64,000 nucleotides of DNA from Pocillopora damicornis (Eukaryota): positions 124,001 to 188,000 of the forward strand of contig NW_020846723.1 of assembly GCF_003704095.1 (NCBI RefSeq). The letters run 5' to 3'. The notes under the pieces are model-generated. The model did not search any database. It was not told the origin of the DNA and worked only from the letters and a program-made list of their open reading frames with translations. A program made the position numbers and the translations under genes. Numbering within the stretch: the first letter of the stretch is position 1; each line of letters begins with the position of its first letter. Shown here piece after piece: positions 14,835-35,010 of the stretch.

Positions 14835-15308
14835 TGCCGTAATTCTTCGATTGAACGCCGCAGCGTTTGTCAAATTCTTCGTGTTTCGAGTGCGGCGTTT
14901 ATTCGAGGGCGACGTTTATACCTGGGAGGCGTTTGTTTAAAATCCAAACGATAGTATGGTAACCGACCATTTTAATTTCAAACAGAAACCTGTTTTAGTG
15001 CTTGTCTTAAAAGAAATTCTTTTATATTGTTCTCAATTTCACAATTTGCATGTTAATACTACTGCAATACATTACGTAAATAGAGATCTTTAGTCGGATA
15101 TGCTTCCTCGATATTAGGACTAGTACATTCAAAAGGATTTGTGTCTGGTTCACTCAAAATTTCCAGCTGAGATCGAAGCGATAATCGCGCTGTGTGCTTT
15201 TTGAGTCTATTATTCGAATAAACGCATCATCATGCGGCGTTTATTAATGTTTCTGCTCTAGAATGCAGCGCTTATTCGAGAGCGGCGTTTAATCGAATAA
15301 ATACTATA
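14835..15308. mobile_element. Non-autonomous TIR DNA element (Tc1/pogo-like MITE)
   Basis: Inverted ends CCGTAATTCTTCGATTGAACGCCGC / GCGGCGTTTAATCGAATAAATACTATA; internal GCGGCGTTTATT subterminal repeats. Confidence 0.65.
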
Positions 15309-16571
15309 CACGTTTTCAAACAAGAGCGCACTAACGTGTACCAGGCCTGTGTCTGAGGTAAACTGTCGGAAACTTCACTGCTGTCCTGACCCTCTCTCGG
15401 GTCTGAAAGAAGCCGCATCATATTGCACATCTTGCAGTTTGGCAGTAAAATATGGAATCAGACCATACACGAAGAAATGGGTAAGCCAAAATTGAATGAA
15501 ATAAAACGTATGCGAGTGTTCTTTATATGGTTTTTAAGCATGATTTTGCTATTTCGTTAAGTTCACAGCCTTACATCAGTCGAGGCAATTATAATTATCG
15601 CCTCAACCAACAATATTGTAATGTGCCTGGCAATGTTCTGCTCGGTGGGAAGAGGTCCATTTTGATAAAGGTTTTTTAAGCAATTTTTTCTCCGTTTCAA
15701 TTTTTCACATTTTATCAGTTATCTACACCAAAAAAATGTACATATGTGTATTTCATCCTTCTGTGAATGCTTAAGGTAGGTGTTTCACTGTAAAACGCTA
15801 TTTCAGCTTGGGGATTGGCGTCTTCACTGTCGTCAAGATGTTGTGAAGATGCCCATCAAGTCTCCATGGCCTGTGCGGCACGCTCCACGAAATAAACCCG
15901 TCGAGTGAAAATGGAACGTTACTAGTTTTCACAGTTATAAGATACACGACGCCGGATTTGAATGAACCTCATCCTATCTAAAACAAAGTTGGACTTTCTG
16001 GTTTTGTGCAAAGCCAAAAAAAAGGAGATCAGACAAAAAGACTCTGCTACCTCAAAGTAATTCAATATTTTGGACTGCAGCACTGCTTGTTTTGACTTGT
16101 CCGCTTATGACAAACATGGTTCGAGTTAAGAGAGTAAATTCATGCCGAAAAATGTCCTGGAGGGATATGAAACGGGTTTGAGTTAATGGGAGTTCAAGTC
16201 ATTGAGGGTTCGAGTTAAAGAGGATACAGTTATGGAAATATATGAGAGAATTCCACACCGAACCGATTTTGGCTGGAGTGAGCTGAGGTTTAAATTTGCA
16301 ACAGTTTGAGTGATCGAGAGTGTACTGCACTTTATAAATACATAGAGATTCTATAATTGTCTCAAGATTCAGATCGTCAGATTATCAGATTCAACCGCTA
16401 CTGAACGTGCCTACTGGAATACATCTAGGAACAAACCATGTGTAAATTACCACACCAGCTTTACTTGTGATCAATAACAAAAATACAAACTCAGTTCACA
16501 TTCCCTTTTGAACAATAACAGTTGTAAATGGCAAGAGTCAGAAATCATGAACACCCAATTCAAGCCAACCA

Positions 16572-19500
16572 TCACAGAGTCCTGTCTGGCCATTCACCAC
16601 TTTGCATTTTTTCATCTACAAATTTCTTGATCTCTGGATGGAGATCTAAAAACTCATCAATCTATGAGAAAAAACAAAGAAAAATAACAATAATAATAAT
16701 GATAATATATTTACAATAAATATAGATATAGTTAGCATGCTTAGTATCAACAATGTTGTAAAATATGCCTCTTCCCCTCCAAAATGTGAAAATGAAATAT
16801 TATTGTAAGTTTTTTTTATATTAGGTGAATAGAAGATAATACATGGGTGTCCATAAATATGGAAATTTTCTTTGAGTGTTCAGCTTGATATTTCACTAGT
16901 GAGTGAAGTGAATAAGTGAGATATCGAGTGGAATTCATGAACCTAACAGAGAGGCATGAAAGGCCAGTTACATGTCAGCAGATGACTGGCAATATCAAAC
17001 ACACATAAACAATTATCATAATTATACACATGTGCAGTTACAGCTTTTTTCTCAAGGCTGGAGATCCTTGAAAAACACTTCAATTTACATAATATGACAA
17101 GGCGCAATATACAGGGCTATAAAATGAGCTCACTTTCTTCCCAAAATCTGGATCTGAGAAAGCTGCTGAAACAGAGCTTAACTCTATTCTACTTAGTTTA
17201 TCACCCCTATCTGGAGTTCTTTCAACTGTGTACTAAAATTTAATGTAACAAATTGTTTACAGCTGAGAGAAGAAAACCCTGGTGATTTACAATTACTGTA
17301 CTTACAGACATCTCCTCATAGGGTTTCATGCTCCTGATTTTTGTAAGCTGAAGATTAGAATAAAAAAATATGTTGAAGTCATCATGAAACCTATCTTGAA
17401 GGAGGGCCTACATTACTATGTAAAGTATACCTACTTGAATTAAATTTCCATTGTCCTTGAGACTCATATGCTTGAATTTTAGTTTGGGGGGAAATATCTG
17501 TTTGGTTTTTTACTTTAAATGTAACATGATTTCCCTCCTTTTCCACTGCAGCACTACTAAAATACCACTTTGAGATTGTTAGGAAATTTATATCTTATGT
17601 TAATTGACAATTGTTCTTTCTGGTAACAGACAAAGAGTATATTAAAATACTTGCTGAGATACCTCAGCTTCACACAGAGCAATAGCTTCATTTGCTTCCT
17701 CTATAGATTCCTTAGCCAACGTTTCCTGTCAAATGAATAGTACATGAAACTGAGTAAACTATGAAACAAACTTTATAAAAATTGGTAATGATGTAAATAA
17801 TGTAAATAATAAAAATAATATTAATGATGACAACTTTCTTAGCACAAACATTGTTGAGAAAGTGATGACTAAATATTCCAATTGAAGCCACTATATTCGA
17901 TTTCTATGACTGAGGAAAGGCTGGACTTTTTGAAAAATGTTTGATGAAGGTTTCAGCAAGAATGATGGACTTTCAATTCTTCCATACCCCTTTCCCTTAC
18001 ACTGGTTTGTTTCCTTCAGGCTCTCCTTGTTCTTGCCGATTCAATCCAGTGACTTTCATATTTCATTGCAATATTTAACACTCGCTTTCCACAAAATATC
18101 CCTGCTATTCAAATTATATGAAAGATAACAGCCTTTAAACATACAGTTACTGTAATAATACCGGACTTTTATTTTAATCATGAGAGCAGACAATGGGAAA
18201 ACTGTTAGACGACATCAACAACAACAACAACAACAACAACAAAAATAAAACAAAAACAGTACAAAACAAAATAAGGTAAGACTACACAACAGGATTATGT
18301 CCTTAGCAATTTCTCCTTCCCTGATTACCTTGAAAACACCTTGCATTGAGTATCCCTGATTACCTTGAAAACACCTTGCATTGAGTACAAAATCATTATG
18401 CCCAAAGATTGATTTCCCCCCCCCCCCGGCCCACAAATATGATTTTGAACAAAGAGAAGTCCCATCCAATTAAAACTTAATTTTTTTCATATTCATGCAA
18501 ACTGTCATCATGGCTTCAATCTGTATCATTTGGTAATTCCCATAAAACTAGAAGTGGCAAGAATTCACAGAACCAAAAAAACAAAAAAACAAAACATTAG
18601 AATTTGCCTTCCCTAAGTATCCAGATTTGTTTATATATTCACTACTTACCATCTCTTTCTCTGCCTCATTTATTTTTGATGTGAGTGTATCAATTGGGTA
18701 GGGTACAGTAACTGCACCATACTGCAAAACAAACAGTTAATTAACCACCTAGTAAGTCAGTCAATCAAGCAAGAGATGAAGAAAAGTATTCCTGAGGATG
18801 GCTAATATCCAGGGCTTGGAAATTTGGATGAGTTATACCAGATTATATCCTTAGCAGAATCTCAAACTCTGCACACTGATTTACATGTAACTTACAGCCT
18901 TCTTGAAAGCTTCAACCATTCCTGGTTTAGATATGTTCTTGGCATACAGGTCCCAGTTAATTGGCTCTGGTTTGGGTGCAACTCCATCCAGTCTGTGGGG
19001 TCAAAAGAGAGAACATTTAATCAGCAACAACCAAAATCAAAACTCCATTCTATAACAGTAACATCATTCTGAACTTTGTATTCTTTGTTTGAAGTCAGTG
19101 ATAAAGGGCATTTTGTGTTCAGGGAATTGATATGTGATGGAATAAAGACCATGACAGATAAAAACAGCTATAGTCAATGTCTTGCACCTATTTTGGTACC
19201 CTGTGTTCCTTCCTTTGAATTCAGGTCTCAGTTTTACACTGATCATGAGGGAACATCAAGCAACCAAAACAGAGCTCTCAATTCAACAAATGTTTCTCTG
19301 GATTTTACTTTTTTTTTTTGCAATTTTGGAAAAAAATTAAAAAACTAGGATGAAATTCATCTGTTTTGGTTGCTAACTTTCAGTAATAATGTCTATTGCT
19401 GTCTGCCTTGGAATTCTACCACTGCAAGTTAACAACCACCCCCCTCCCCAGATTTCTAGGATGATGCATAGTAAAAGAGGAAACTATATAATTATGTTTT

Positions 19501-19966
19501 TCCATCAAGAGGAACGCACCACATAAAAATTGGGTAAATAAGATCCAAACAAAAAAATGAAAGAAAGTCACTGTGATCTCAAGGGAATATCATATATGCC
19601 AAGGCTCAGTCAATCTACCAATATTGTAAATTGTACATGAACATGGTAATGTCATAATGGCCTGTTTGCAACGGTATATAGTGTTACAGAATAAAAATTA
19701 ACACAACGATCAAAAGTTGTAGGTCTTCCTGCTTCTTCTAAAACTAACTACCGCCGATGTCAACTTAATTCTTTAAAGCTTGTTCAATGCGCATCATGCT
19801 ACTAAAGTTACAGGAGATATATTGCATTTGTTATAACAACTTACTGCGTTTTTATATTCTCAAAATTGGTCCTCAATCTATTGTAATGTGGTCTTTCTGC
19901 CTCAGGGCATTTTGTTGCCAGCTTAACCCAATCTGGTACATACTTCCCAATCCTTCTAGCTGCCAT
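16572..19966 (-). CDS. ATP5PD: ATP synthase subunit d, mitochondrial (6 exons)
   Basis: Exons ~19844-19966 MAARRIGKYVPDWVKL..., ~18896-18992 PKPEPINWDLYAKNISKPGMVEAFKK, ~18651-18722 YGAVTVPYPID..., ~17663-17725, ~17306-17347 KIRSMKPYEEMS, 16572-16661 IDEFLDLHPE..*. These match the ATP5H pattern (IDWxxY, VPYP, PFEEMT); all introns GT-AG. Confidence 0.9.
18320..18388. repeat. Perfect ~35-bp tandem duplication
   Basis: CCCTGATTACCTTGAAAACACCTTGCATTGAGTA x2. Confidence 0.85.
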
Positions 19967-20173
19967 TTTGCGATAATACCTCCGACGAGACGGGTAAACG
20001 ATGTTTCAAGATGGCCGCTGTGCTGTATGTGCTCGAAATGATCCCTGGGATAGAAGTCGAGGTCCCAATCCCGGACGGGTAGTACTACTCGTAGGCAGTA
20101 GCAGTAGATATCCTTTTCAATCGTTCCGTTGCATGTTAGGGAGATCTTTAATAAAAATCTTCAATAAGTAAGG
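19967..20173. promoter_or_regulatory. Bidirectional promoter ATP5PD / GCKR-like
   Basis: Start codons only ~207 bp apart and divergent; CpG-retaining; YY1-type CAAGATGGCCGC at 20007-20018. Confidence 0.75.
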
Positions 20174-22518
20174 ATGAGTGCCAAAAAGAAATATCCCAAA
20201 GACGCTACAACACCAATAACTGAACTCCGAAATGAGCTTACAATTGACATCGATGTTGGCACTGCAACTGACATTGCAAGAACTCTTCGCCAATGCGACG
20301 CTCAGATATTCTCAGGCTGGAAAGACTTTCCAAGTGTCCTTGACGAGAACACCATCGAAGCGATGGATAAAGTAGCAGAGAAAGCAAAGGAGATTTTACG
20401 AGACAGCAGTGGAGACAAAGCCATAGTTATCAGCGGTTGTGGTACATCTGGAAGGCTTGCCTATTTTCTGGCTCATAAATTTTCCCAGCTCGCCGAAGCT
20501 CAGCAGATCTCAGCGTGTTACGATTATCTTATCGCAGGGGGAGACATTGCCCTGTTTACATCACAAGAAGCGCCAGAAGATGACTGGAAAAGAGGCGAAG
20601 AAGATTTAATACACTTGTCTCGCAGTAAAAAACAAGTACTGTTTATCGGTATAACATGTGGTCTTTCTGCGCCTTATGTTGCTGGACAGTTAGACCACTG
20701 TATGAGACACCATGATACCTTCATTCCTGTTCTTTTGGGATTCAATCCTGTACATCAGGCAAGGAAAAACCCAATAGAACAATGGGATAAGTCATTTTTT
20801 GATGTTGCTAATGCGTTAGAAGGTGAGGAGATTTCCGCCATGGTTTTAAATGGTACTGCCTAAAAAAACTTATCCTCTAGCTCTCCTTCTGAACGCCTTA
20901 AAACAGTTGAAGAAACTACATTACCTTGTAAACTGAAGCAATGCATTCACCTTGTCAATTTTTAGCTCACACAATGTAGTATTGCACTGCCAAGGCATTG
21001 TACTAGTGTTGTGGAGTTTATAGGCTTCACCCTCTACACCCTAACATCAATATGCATATTCTCCACACTGTTCTCTCTACATTTTCTAAGACACTGATGT
21101 GGAGAATTTGTTTAAAAATTAATAGCTGCTTTAGTTGGTGATCCTTTCCTTTATTTTTGTGACCTTCATGTTTGATTCAGGGATGATATTGTAGGGATAA
21201 GTTAGATGCCAGTCACTCTTAGTTTCAAAGAGTTAAACTGAAATGTAATAATCATGTGGAGGATTGTATACTTCTCCCAAACTGAACATTATTTACTAAA
21301 ACACCTCGAGACAAAAATTTCTACAGCTCTTTTGGACAACCAGTTAGTCCTTTTGTGTTATAGTATTGATTAAATTTGCTTATTGTGTTCACAGACTATG
21401 ACAAAGGAGTCATTCTTAATCCAGTTGTTGGCCCAGAGGCTATTACAGGGTCCTCACGTATGAAGGGAGGAAGTGCCACCAAGATACTTTTGGAGTCTAT
21501 TTTACTTAAAGCACATGCATCTATATCCCAGCCAAGATCAGTGCTTAACAGACTGACTGAAATTCTCCTGATGTATGAGAACATGTATAGAAGAACTTAC
21601 TTGAGTTGTTCCAGCATTGCTTGTGCCATTGAGCTGGCTGCTGAGAGCCTCAAGTCTAATGGCCATGTATTCTATATTGGATGGGGATTAAAAGGATTTA
21701 TGGGTCTTTTGGATGCCTCTGAGTGTGTCCCTACATTTAGTGCTAACTTTGATGATGTGAGAGGCTTCATAGAGGAAGGGTACAGTACTCTTAACAACAG
21801 GGAAGGAGAGCTAATGCTTACTGAATCCAAAAAGCTTTGTATTTCATTGGAGGATTTTCAAAGCAATTTTTTGCCTGAACTAACTGTACATGACACAGTA
21901 GTATTTATTTTGCCTGACGACAAGGTCTTTCAGGAAGTTACCCAATTGATCCATCTGATCAAAGAGAAAGGCACACAGTTAATTGGCATTATTTTTCAGA
22001 AAGAAAGTGAATTAAGTAACCTTTTCAAGAGTTGCGTTCATGTGGAGGGAAATCATTCATCAGGATGCCTCAATGAAGAGGGTTCATCAACTCCAATATT
22101 ACTCACTGATTTTTTAAACCAGTGTCTTCAGGAGATTTCTATCAAGTGGATTCTTAATGCAATTTCAACAGGAGCCCATGTGTTGAAAGGCAAGGTCTTA
22201 AGAGGTCTCATGATTGATGTAAAAGTTAGTAACAACAAGTTGTTCCATCGAGCCATATCTATAGTTTCTACTTTTGCCAGAGTCGATCAGAAATGTGCTT
22301 TGCATGCTGTTCTCAAGGCAATATACAGAAGAGATTCCATTAATGATGTTCTCAATCTACAGATTTCTGAGCATGTAGCCAAAGGAACTGTAATGGATCA
22401 AGTGGTACCAGTGGCAGTGCTAATAGCTACAGACAAGTTCAGTATTGCATCTGCCGTGGAGGCCCTGAGGACAAGTACTGTTTCCCATATTCTTAAAAGT
22501 CTTGGACTTGTAGAGTAA
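20174..22518 (+). CDS. GCKR: Glucokinase regulatory protein-like / MurQ-derived double-SIS protein, 2 exons (20174-20822, 21395-22518), ~590 aa
   Basis: Motifs PITELRN, SGCGTSGRLA, LIAGGD, EAPED, GITCGLSAPYVAGQLD, LGFNP, GPEAITGSSRMKGGSATK, DASECVPTF, NAISTGAHVLKGKV..MIDVKVSNNKLFHRA. A phase-1 intron (GAAG|GTGAGG..TTCACAG|AC) joins the two ORFs in frame. Confidence 0.9.
21026..21236. mobile_element. piggyBac-type MITE (degenerate) in the GCKR intron
   Basis: TTCACCCTCTACACCCTAAC...AAAGAGTTAA; internal sequence shared with the 31762-32002 copy. Confidence 0.65.
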
Positions 22519-23797
22519 TCTGATGTAATAAAAGAATGGAAGATGATCATTTTAAAAATTACCGCACCAATTTGAAGAATGATTAAACAAACTCTTATTA
22601 ATTAAACCCATTAAGAAGCTCATGTTGGCTTCATGGCTCATAGAGAACTTATAATCACTAACAGTCAATTTTTCACTATTATTTAGAGAAAATTATACTG
22701 AAAAAGCAAGGTGAAGTGTGATCATGTACTTTGTAAAAAATAAATACAGATTATGAAATGAGTAAAGTATTATTCAAATAAAAATTATTAACAAGTCAAA
22801 AATTAACCTCCAAATAAGACTGTCATATGAAATGCAAAATAATCTTTATTGCACAGATAAATTTAATTTAAATTTGCAAATTTACAGGAATAATTTCTGG
22901 ATACATTAGCTTGTTCATACATGTAGTTTTACAATACAAACATCTCTTTAAAAATCTCTTAATCTGAAAATTTGAAATTTTGGCTGGACATATTTACTAA
23001 TTTCTATCTAATATGGACTTAATGTAATTTATTTCAATTAAATTCATAATTTTATAGTCAAGCCATAAATTAGTCTTGTGTAATAACAAATTGAAAATAG
23101 TTTCCCTTAATATTTTTTGGTTACTTTCCTTGTGGCTCACTAGTAAGGGAACATGACACAAGATTACCTTTGTATGTGAATTGAGATACAATAAAAATAA
23201 TTTTTTGAAATGTTTGTTTTACAATAAATATCAATATCACAGGTGGCTCAAAGGCACTTTTCAGTGTAAACTTTAACCTCTTCTTTGATATTGTCTTAAC
23301 ATGGGCTCATTTAGCTTCTATGTAACCCTAGACTACACTATATATAATTATAGCCTCTTTCTCAAATGAGAAGGTTTCTCATAAGAAATAAAGAGTGAGA
23401 GGCATCTGAGAAAAAAGACTGTGGAAGACTTTATTTGCAGCTGTTGATCAACAAAAACAAGAAGGATATTTATTTCCTATCATTATTTCCCCTGAAGGCC
23501 AGTGTTTGTTATTGCTTTCAAATTCCCTTTGACAGATTATTCTCAAACCAACAAATGGCCAGAAATGTGCCTTTGCGGTTGAAGAGATTATGCATACCCA
23601 GCCATAGGAAGGTTCAAAAAAATTTCACATGTTACAGATTTCAAGAGGGAAATGACTATTTATACTAGAAATGTTAGCCTCATGTCTCCCCTTTGCTACT
23701 TGCTCAACTAAGAGTCTAAATTATTGTTGAACTTTCATTTGTTACAATTAAGTACCTGTTCATTTCCAGCTACTATAGTATTGGGGGGGGGGGGGGG

Positions 23798-23817
23798 NNN
23801 NNNNNNNNNNNNNNNNN
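23798..23817. other. Assembly gap after poly-G; second gap at 34493-34514 after poly-C
   Basis: Runs of N. Confidence 0.95.
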
Positions 23818-23904
23818 GAAATGGATATGGAGCAAGAGATATCTCTTGGTATGGATATTTTCAAATAAGACAAATTTCCTCTGAATATGTTTGAAAGCCA
23901 AGTG

Positions 23905-33271
<9,367 letters not shown>

Positions 33272-33420
33272 TTTAAACCCCTTACCTCTTTGATAATTAT
33301 GGAGAGGGACTGGTAATGATAAGATACCGCACGGTTTTTTTTTCATTCAACTTCCGGAGAGGAGCCACAACTTCCGGTTAAATGAACAGTCTCGTCGCCA
33401 TTTATTTCGTTGCGTGACTT
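33272..33420 (-). promoter_or_regulatory. RINT1 proximal promoter
   Basis: Two tandem ETS/GABP-type ACTTCCGG sites (~33350, ~33370) and a YY1-like CGCCATTT (~33396) just upstream of the ATG. Confidence 0.5.
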
Positions 33421-34435
33421 AAAAAGATTACCTCTCACATAAAAGGATATGGTTATTCATCGTAGTTAATACACTCATAGTTAAGTTTTATCGTTTGCCT
33501 TAAGATGTACCCTCTAGTAGATCTCCACGGAATAAGGTTGACTGGTACGTGAAGCCTGCGAGTCGGTTTCGTTAGTCAACAATAAGTAGTCGGGAAAAGC
33601 GGGAAGAAAAAGAGCAAGGGGAGGAAAGGAGTTGGAGTAAGGTGGAGGTCACTGTTATTGGTCCTTTCGACAGCAACCTCTTCAAAGGCTTATGTTGTGC
33701 ATTTTCATGATTATTGTTAAAATAGTTCTTAAACTACGAAGGGAACCTCAACCAACCACGAATACCGACAACGATAAGTATATTTCAATTCACAACTTAC
33801 CATTTTTAAAATCTCCCTTGGAATAGGTTACGAATGGTGGCGTAAGATTCTTAATTTTATGGTGGTGTAGAGAAGAAGAGAGAAAAGAATAAAAGGGTTC
33901 ACAACTACTCATTTGTTTATTCTACAAAATGGGCCCTCCACATCTTGCTGTTAAATATATATTTAATTATTCCCAGCGAAATGTTGTACACTTCCCCCCA
34001 ATACACTGCCTTCAAACTCTGATAAAATTCATCAGTGCATGCAGTACAGGTTCCTTCCCTAGTCCAGCGTATTTCCTGTTACTGGAATCAACTGGAACTA
34101 CGACAATAATCGAACTGGATTTTTGGTTAACCAAAGTGTGTTATTGGCCTATAACCAACGATTTTCATGCCTGGGTGGTTTCATCTCCCCTTCCCAACCA
34201 CTTCATAGCTAAAAAAACTTTTAAAAATCCTTAAATTAACGTATATATTTTTTACTTTTAAATCTTTCCCTCGACAGTATTTTCGGTTGTCAGTGATTTA
34301 TTGTTCTAAAATTAGACAGACTGTGCCCGCGGAAAACTAAGGGAATTTTAAAAAGTTTTAAAAAAAACACGTATGGTTTACCAAAACCCTAAGATTAATT
34401 CGCTCGTAGATAATGTTATTTCTGTTCCTATTACT

Positions 34436-34856
34436 ATAATGCACCGATCAGCTCGAAGCCTCAACATTCCACCAGCACCCCCCCCCCCCCCCNNNNNNNN
34501 NNNNNNNNNNNNNNGTGGGAAAATTGAACCTAAAGTATCCAGTCTCTCTAGCGGAATACAAGTCTTATATCTTTTAAATATGAAGGCGTTTTAAAGTGTT
34601 AAATACCGAAGTTCACTTTCGCAATCGAATACCCCAAAATGAAAAGTCTACAAGGTCTCAGTCATAAAGCTTGGTCAATGTGTAGAAAGTCACTGTCCCT
34701 GATTTAACTTTTAACAAAAAAAGGAAAGGGAGTGGAGGATTTGAACTCAATTTTTGCCCCCGGGGGAGAGGATTTAGACAAACCAATCTTCAAAAGTTCA
34801 AATGCGCAGGGGGTTGCCTGGGGGGGATGTTGAAGCTTCAAATTAATCGACGAATA
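34436..34856. mobile_element. TIR element spanning an assembly gap
   Basis: ATGCACCGATCAGCTCGAAGCCTCAACATTCC vs GGGATGTTGAAGCTTCAAATTAATCGACGAATA are imperfect inverted ends; C-rich/G-rich subtermini. Confidence 0.5.
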
Positions 34857-35010
34857 AGAGTGGTAATTAAAACGATTAAGGCCGAATGGCCACACTATCC
34901 CAATCATTCTCAGTCCATAATGAGTCCAAATAAACGCTCTTTAGATGTAATTTTTCGTCTTCGACAGAATGGACTGATCGCAAATAATCTTCTTCATCTC
35001 TACGCTGGTG

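Noticed and set aside
16120-16325. Recurring GGTTCGAGTTA motifs as a CRISPR-like array
   Set aside because: Short, degenerate and irregularly spaced; typical subterminal repeats of a decayed MITE in a eukaryotic genome.
20174-22518. Bacterial murQ contamination or recent horizontal transfer
   Set aside because: It has a spliceosomal intron containing a host MITE, host-like composition, CpG depletion in exon 2 and the fused two-SIS GKRP architecture.
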